Shown here piece by piece: positions 58,942 through 64,000 of a stretch of DNA of 64,000 bases. The translations under genes and the position numbers were made by a program. Positions within the stretch are counted from its first letter, which is position 1. Each line of letters starts with the position of its first letter. Source of the stretch: Desulfomonilia bacterium (GTDB lineage: Bacteria > Desulfobacterota > Desulfomonilia > UBA1062). The stretch covers positions 32,001-96,000 of the forward strand of contig CAXXDQ010000004.1 in assembly GCA_963664325.2 (NCBI GenBank), in the 5' to 3' direction. The notes beneath the pieces are model-generated. The model did no database searches. It was not told where the DNA came from and saw nothing but the letters and a program-made list of their open reading frames with translations.

Positions 58942-59813
58942 GTATAATAAGGCTGGCGATACCGAAGGGTAGCTTGCAGCAGTCCACGATAGACCTGTTC
59001 AAGGATGCCGGATGGCGTATTGTTCCGAGCTCGCGCAGCTATTTCCCTACAATAGATGACCCGGAGATTGAATGTGCACTTGTAAGGGCGCAGGAAATTT
59101 CCCGATATGTCGAAAACGGCCTGTTTGATATGGCCTTAACAGGACTCGACTGGATACTTGAAAATGAAAGTGACGTTGAGATAGTTGCAGACCTTGTTTA
59201 TTCAAAAGCCACGGCGAGACCGGCAAGGTGGGTGCTCGCTGTCGCCGAGAACTCGACAATAAAAAAGGCTGAAGATCTTGAAGGTAAAAAAATCGCAACC
59301 GAGCTGGTCAACTATACCAAAAAATATTTCACTGACCGCGGCATAAAAGTTGACGTTGAATTTTCATGGGGTGCAACGGAAGCCAAGGTTGTAGACGGCC
59401 TTGTTGATGCCATTGTCGAGGTAACTGAAACTGGTTCGACAATAAAGGCACATAATCTGAAAATAATCGATGACCTTCTTGTAACAAATACAAAGATAAT
59501 AGCCAATAAGGCATCATGGCAGGATGAAGCAAAAAGAAATAAAATAGAACAGGTTTCAATGATGCTTAAAAGCGCCTTGACTGCGGCAGACATGACAGGG
59601 CTCAAAATGAACGTTCCGGTTGCTGGCAGGGATGAGATAATCGGCATGTTGCCTGCAATGACTTCACCTACGGTTTCAACATTGCATGATAAAAACTGGC
59701 TGTCTGTTGAAACAATAATAAAGGAATCGCAGGCCAGGGATCTTATACCAAGACTCCTGAAGGCCGGGGCAAAAGGAATTATCGAATATCCACTCAAGAA
59801 GGTCCTTAACTGA
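58938..59813 (+). CDS. hisG: ATP phosphoribosyltransferase (long form)
   Basis: [31 protein letters not shown]. Confidence 0.95.
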   Translation: MSIIRLAIPKGSLQQSTIDLFKDAGWRIVPSSRSYFPTIDDPEIECALVRAQEISRYVENGLFDMALTGLDWILENESDVEIVADLVYSKATARPARWVLAVAENSTIKKAEDLEGKKIATELVNYTKKYFTDRGIKVDVEFSWGATEAKVVDGLVDAIVEVTETGSTIKAHNLKIIDDLLVTNTKIIANKASWQDEAKRNKIEQVSMMLKSALTAADMTGLKMNVPVAGRDEIIGMLPAMTSPTVSTLHDKNWLSVETIIKESQARDLIPRLLKAGAKGIIEYPLKKVLN

Positions 59814-60559
59814 TGATACCGAGAAAGACGCCTCTCGAAATAACAAAGATGAGAGAATCGGGAAGACTCATTGCCAGACTTTTTGAACATATCAGGCCGA
59901 TGGTTCAGCCGGGCATAACGACAGCTCAGCTTGATTCCGAAGCAGAAATGTTCATAGATATGAATAATGCCAAACCTGCCTTCAAGGGATACAGGGGCTA
60001 TCCTGCAACGCTGTGCACCTCCATCAATGATTGCATTATCCACGGCATACCCGGCCAGATAAAACTAAAGGCAGGAGATATAATCGGTCTTGATGTTGGT
60101 GTTTTGATGGACGGTTTTTATGCAGACGCAGCTGTAACGCTGCCCGTCGGCGAAGTACCGGCTCATGCCAGAGCGCTTATGCGGGTTTCTGAGGCCGCCA
60201 TGAACGAAGGGATAGGACAGGCAATACCTGGAAACAGGCTTTATGATATTTCTTCGGCAATACAGAAAACCGCCGAAGGTGCCGGATATTCTGTTGTAAG
60301 AGATTTCGTAGGTCACGGCATCGGAGAAAAACTGCACGAAGAGCCGCAGATCCCCAATTACGGAAAGAAAGGCACAGGACCGCTTCTTGAAACAGGTATG
60401 ACCCTGGCTATCGAAACAATGATTAATCAGGGCACCTGGAAGGTTAGGATATTAAAGGATAAATGGACAGCGCTCACTGCCGATGGCAGGCTGTCCGCAC
60501 ACTTTGAACATACAATCGCCATAACTCCCGATGGACCTCATATCCTGACCGCTTTATAA
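59813..60559 (+). CDS. map: type I methionyl aminopeptidase
   Basis: CTSIND..HGIP, GHGIG..LHEEP, SAHFEHT. Confidence 0.96.
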   Translation: MIPRKTPLEITKMRESGRLIARLFEHIRPMVQPGITTAQLDSEAEMFIDMNNAKPAFKGYRGYPATLCTSINDCIIHGIPGQIKLKAGDIIGLDVGVLMDGFYADAAVTLPVGEVPAHARALMRVSEAAMNEGIGQAIPGNRLYDISSAIQKTAEGAGYSVVRDFVGHGIGEKLHEEPQIPNYGKKGTGPLLETGMTLAIETMINQGTWKVRILKDKWTALTADGRLSAHFEHTIAITPDGPHILTAL

Positions 60560-60653
60560 TAGTCATAACTTGATGGATTTTCTAGGATATTGTTAAACCC
60601 TTCACATTGACACATCATATGTTTAGGCGTATTTTTTTTATGGCAGGTAAAAT

Positions 60654-61442
60654 ATGAACCGTTATCTTATAATATTTTCAATCCTTATATTGTCTGCAGG
60701 ATGTGCACATAGATATTCTGAAACAGAATACAAGACTGTTGAAACACAGCTCTCTGTATGCGAACAGGCCTGTACTGTTGTTGCCCAGGATAACAAGCTT
60801 GTAAAAGCCAGGATTGCGGAACTAGAGGAAGAACTTAAAAAGGCTAAAGCCGACAAGGACCAATGCCTTAAAGATATGCAGGGACTCCTTGACAGGAACC
60901 TCGAAGCGCTTCAGTACAACAAGACGCTTCTTCAACAGATGACCAGTTACAAGACAATTATCCAGGAGAGAACAGATACAAGAAGCCGTTCATTAAAGGC
61001 ATATGAGTATATAATGAGTATGCTGGACAAAGAGCGGAAAGCAAAACAGGTGTTCATTATAAAGAACAATGATAAAATAAAAATAGTAATTCCCCAGAAA
61101 GAGCTTTTTGCCGGCCCTAAAAGCGCATGGCTGGAACCTAAGGGGGAAAAGCTGATTGCCAAAATTGCCAGAGGATTGAAACAAATTGACCCTGCATATA
61201 TAGAGATTGGTGGTCACACAGACAAATCATCAATTCCTGAAAACCTGAGAAAAACATACCCTAACAACTGGTACCTATCACAGGCGAGGGCTCTCTCGGT
61301 CCTTGAAAACCTTGAAGCCGGCGGTATTAACAGGGACAAAATGTGTGCAATAGCTTATGCAGACACCAGGCCTATTGCAGCGAACAGCTCTGAAGAGGGT
61401 ATGGCAATGAACCGCCGTGTTGAGATTTCTATACTTCCTTAA
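60654..61442 (+). CDS. OmpA/MotB-domain lipoprotein with coiled coil
   Basis: Lipobox SAGC, GGHTD, NWYLSQARA, NRRVEI. Confidence 0.85.
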   Translation: MNRYLIIFSILILSAGCAHRYSETEYKTVETQLSVCEQACTVVAQDNKLVKARIAELEEELKKAKADKDQCLKDMQGLLDRNLEALQYNKTLLQQMTSYKTIIQERTDTRSRSLKAYEYIMSMLDKERKAKQVFIIKNNDKIKIVIPQKELFAGPKSAWLEPKGEKLIAKIARGLKQIDPAYIEIGGHTDKSSIPENLRKTYPNNWYLSQARALSVLENLEAGGINRDKMCAIAYADTRPIAANSSEEGMAMNRRVEISILP

Positions 61443-61469
61443 TGTGAATTAGCCTTAATAAAAACGGAT

Positions 61470-61502
61470 AAAAAAAGAGGGGTTTTCAAACCCCTCTTTT
61501 TT
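61470..61502. terminator. bidirectional intrinsic terminator
   Basis: A7-gaggggttt-tc-aaacccctc-T6 between convergent genes. Confidence 0.85.
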
Positions 61503-61525
61503 ACTATTTCTGTATGTTAACTTTT

Positions 61526-62905
61526 TTAGCTTGGATCGCAAGCATTTCCAATGCCATCGCCATCAGTGTCTTCCTGACCCGGATTGAATATGGACGGACA
61601 GTTGTCACAGGCATCTCCGATTCCGTCACCGTCACTGTCAAGCTGGTCCAGATTTGCTATGGTTGGGCAGTTGTCACATGCATTTCCGATGCCGTCACCG
61701 TCACTGTCAAGCTGGTCCAGATTTGCCCTGTAAGGACAGTTATCCACTCCGTTTAATACGCCATCACCGTCAATATCCGGGTCACAGGCATCTCCGATTC
61801 CATCACGGTCAGTATCCTTCTGGTCAGGATTAGGAGTATTGGGACAGTTATCGGATGAATTCCAGATACCGTCTTTGTCGGTATCTTCAGGTACTATCAG
61901 GGCATCGTATGAAATATTTATCGCCCTGGCTGCATATCCAAAAATTCTGACCTCGTCCAGACTTATATTCTTCGAAGGAACAGTTGCGTTTCCTCCGACA
62001 TAAACCAAAGTGCTTCCTGTCGGTGTAAACCCCTGTGGAACAGAACTTGATGAAGCTACTTCCCTGCTGTCATAATAAATCTTCATGGTAGTATTTGAAT
62101 ATGCAAAAGCGATGTGATGCCATGTACCGGATGTAAATGGTGGATAGTCTGAGATTATCGTTGCCGTACCGACTGTAAATACAAGGCTCCCCGTAGTGTC
62201 AACAAATCCCGATATATCCGACCCGATCTGGAAAAAGTTCAACTGATTGCCTGCCAGAAGATCTGAGGTAATCCACATTTCAACAGTAATTCCTGTTGCC
62301 CCTGTAAAGTCGACATTTGCGGAAGGTGATATAGTAATGCCTTCATTCAATGTAAGTCCTATGTGATCTCTTGAACCTTCAGGGAATGCAATCGTATTTC
62401 TTATATCAAACCATGCGACTCCTTCAGCAGGTATATTTAATTCATATGTAGTGGTGCCATTGCCGTCAGTCGCATAATTCAAACCATTACCGTCAAGACT
62501 CCAGGCTGCAAGGGCTGGTTCAGCGTCCTTATATCTGAACGGTGCATAAACCTCTACAGTGCCGGATGCCTTTTCTTTTGGAATATAGACAGCGGCAGGC
62601 ACTGTCATACCGTCCTGTGGATCCTGGAGTGTTACAATAGTGTTTAAGGGCGGGAATATATTGTATGAGGTCTCATTCGGATTAGGTGCGGTATATGGTC
62701 CATATGTCGGATCGTAAAAATTCATTGCCATTGGAAGACCAACAGGAGCGCCGTTATATTGATATAAAACTACCGTTGCGGTAGCTTTTTTACAGGCGCT
62801 GTGGTTGGTGTATACCTTTAATGTCATAATATTACAGGTGCTTGCTCCCATAAGCACAATAGCAAGAAGCACACAGATTACTGTATATGTTAGAGTCCTT
62901 TTCAT
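61526..62905 (-). CDS. exported LamG-domain protein with C-terminal thrombospondin type-3 repeats
   Basis: Signal peptide, ITVEMWI, WHHIAF, LDEVRIF; repeated DNCP...DQ.D.DGDGIG.ACD. Confidence 0.88.
   Translation of the reverse strand: MKRTLTYTVICVLLAIVLMGASTCNIMTLKVYTNHSACKKATATVVLYQYNGAPVGLPMAMNFYDPTYGPYTAPNPNETSYNIFPPLNTIVTLQDPQDGMTVPAAVYIPKEKASGTVEVYAPFRYKDAEPALAAWSLDGNGLNYATDGNGTTTYELNIPAEGVAWFDIRNTIAFPEGSRDHIGLTLNEGITISPSANVDFTGATGITVEMWITSDLLAGNQLNFFQIGSDISGFVDTTGSLVFTVGTATIISDYPPFTSGTWHHIAFAYSNTTMKIYYDSREVASSSSVPQGFTPTGSTLVYVGGNATVPSKNISLDEVRIFGYAARAINISYDALIVPEDTDKDGIWNSSDNCPNTPNPDQKDTDRDGIGDACDPDIDGDGVLNGVDNCPYRANLDQLDSDGDGIGNACDNCPTIANLDQLDSDGDGIGDACDNCPSIFNPGQEDTDGDGIGNACDPS
61600..61740 (-). 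repeat. 69-bp tandem coding repeat (TSP3 units)
   Basis: ccgtcaccgtcactgtcaagctggtccagatttgc occurs twice, 69 bp apart. Confidence 0.85.
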
Positions 62906-62948
62906 AATTGTATTACCTCCTCAGGACATTATTCTTAAACTAAATATT

Positions 62949-62964
62949 TGCAATGTTAATGCCA
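62949..62964 (-). promoter_or_regulatory. sigma-54 (-24/-12) promoter
   Basis: Minus strand TGGCATTAACATTGCA has exact GG-N10-GC spacing, ~45 bp upstream of ATG 62905. Confidence 0.7.
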
Positions 62965-63082
62965 AATAGTAATGTAATTATAACACTGCTAAATTCCTTA
63001 TTAAAGCAATACATTAATTTAATCAAGGCCTTTGAGCTGGACAAAGAACTGCTATGAAAATGGAATTTATTTTCCTCTAATT

Positions 63083-63985
63083 TTATATAAGGCTCGTGCT
63101 GAAATACCTTTCTGCCCTGTCAGCAAGTATTGTAGCTATAACCGTTTGATTTCCATATTTATTTGCCATTTGCATTGCTGCCCAGACATTTGCACCGGAA
63201 GAAGTTCCGACAAGAAGGCCTGATTTTCTTGCAAGCATGCGTGACGTTTCAACTGCATCATCGTCCTCGACCTCAATAACCTCGTCAACAATTGATGTAT
63301 CAAGAACAGGAGGTATGAATCCGTCACCTATGCCTTCAATTCTGTGAAGTCCCGGCTCATGACCCAGAAGGGCGGATACGTTCTTCGGCTCAACCGCAAC
63401 GATCCTGGTTGCAGGATTCCTTTCTTTCAAAAACTTCCCCACTCCCTGGAGTGTACCGCCACTTCCAAGGCCTGACACGAATATGTCCACATTCCGTCCA
63501 AGTTGCATCCATATCTCAGGCCCTGTTGTTATATAATGGGCAAGCGGGTTTGCCGGATTTTCAAACTGATTTGGTATAAAGACATTTCCGTATGTTTCTT
63601 TAATTTCATTAACTTTCCTTATGGCACCTTCAACGCTTTCATCTGCAGGCGTCAGGATAAGATCGGCACCCAGGGCACATATAATTTTTCTCCTCTCTAT
63701 ACTCATGTTTTCAGGCATGGCAATTATTACCTTGAATCCCATCAATCCCCCGACCAGCGAAATGCCAATGCCCGTATTGCCTGATGTAGGTTCGGCAATA
63801 ATGGTACCTTCATCAAGTATTCCCTTTTTGAGTGCATCATCAATCATGAAAAGAGCTATCCTGTCTTTGATGCTTCCGCCAGGATTTAAGTACTCGGCTT
63901 TTGCAAATATATTCGCTCCTGTTGAGGATGTAAGCCTAACAATCGGCGTGTTTCCTATCTGTTCGAGAACTCCGTTTGAGAACAT
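63083..63985 (-). CDS. cysK: cysteine synthase
   Basis: NPGGSIKDR, EPTSGNTG, QFENPAN, GSGGT, GTSSGAN. Confidence 0.9.
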   Translation of the reverse strand: MFSNGVLEQIGNTPIVRLTSSTGANIFAKAEYLNPGGSIKDRIALFMIDDALKKGILDEGTIIAEPTSGNTGIGISLVGGLMGFKVIIAMPENMSIERRKIICALGADLILTPADESVEGAIRKVNEIKETYGNVFIPNQFENPANPLAHYITTGPEIWMQLGRNVDIFVSGLGSGGTLQGVGKFLKERNPATRIVAVEPKNVSALLGHEPGLHRIEGIGDGFIPPVLDTSIVDEVIEVEDDDAVETSRMLARKSGLLVGTSSGANVWAAMQMANKYGNQTVIATILADRAERYFSTSLI

Positions 63986-64000
63986 AAGCAATCTCTCCAG

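Noticed and set aside
61526-61890. Regularly spaced repeats as a CRISPR array
   Set aside because: They are in-frame coding TSP3 repeats without unique spacers, and no cas genes are present.

Overview
Bacterial genomic DNA. Gene content and order suggest an anaerobic deltaproteobacterium (Desulfobacterota-like); this is an inference, not a classification. The first ~1.54 kb (one AT-rich orphan ORF plus REP-like hairpins) looks like the end of a different contig, joined to a 5'-truncated mlaD-like gene. Most of the window is housekeeping: mnmG, rlmN...pilW, rpmH-rnpA-yidD-yidC-jag-mnmE-rsmG, rpoH-hsp20, mltD, pgsA, argBDFGH-lysA-dapAB-folK, moaA, hisI-hisG-map and cysK. An accessory catabolic block at ~9.5-27 kb encodes a glycyl radical enzyme (GRE) with no activase nearby, a GntR/aldehyde dehydrogenase cassette bracketed by a 162-bp duplication of the GRE glycyl-radical tail, an acyl-CoA ligase, a 2-hydroxyacyl-CoA dehydratase/benzoyl-CoA reductase-type pair with no activator, and a GH38-ROK-MFS-GlpD cluster. 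Other points of interest: a split APH-kinase/PHP/P-loop-kinase module inside the rlmN-pilW operon, a probable non-canonical (ACG) start for mnmE, a Pro/aromatic repeat protein after mlaD, an OMP-CsgG-COG3014-YcfL-LpoB envelope operon, and an FlhG-like protein with a degenerate Walker A. I found no rRNA, tRNA, CRISPR array, intact transposase, integrase or reverse transcriptase. Family assignments come from motif recognition by eye, not database searches.
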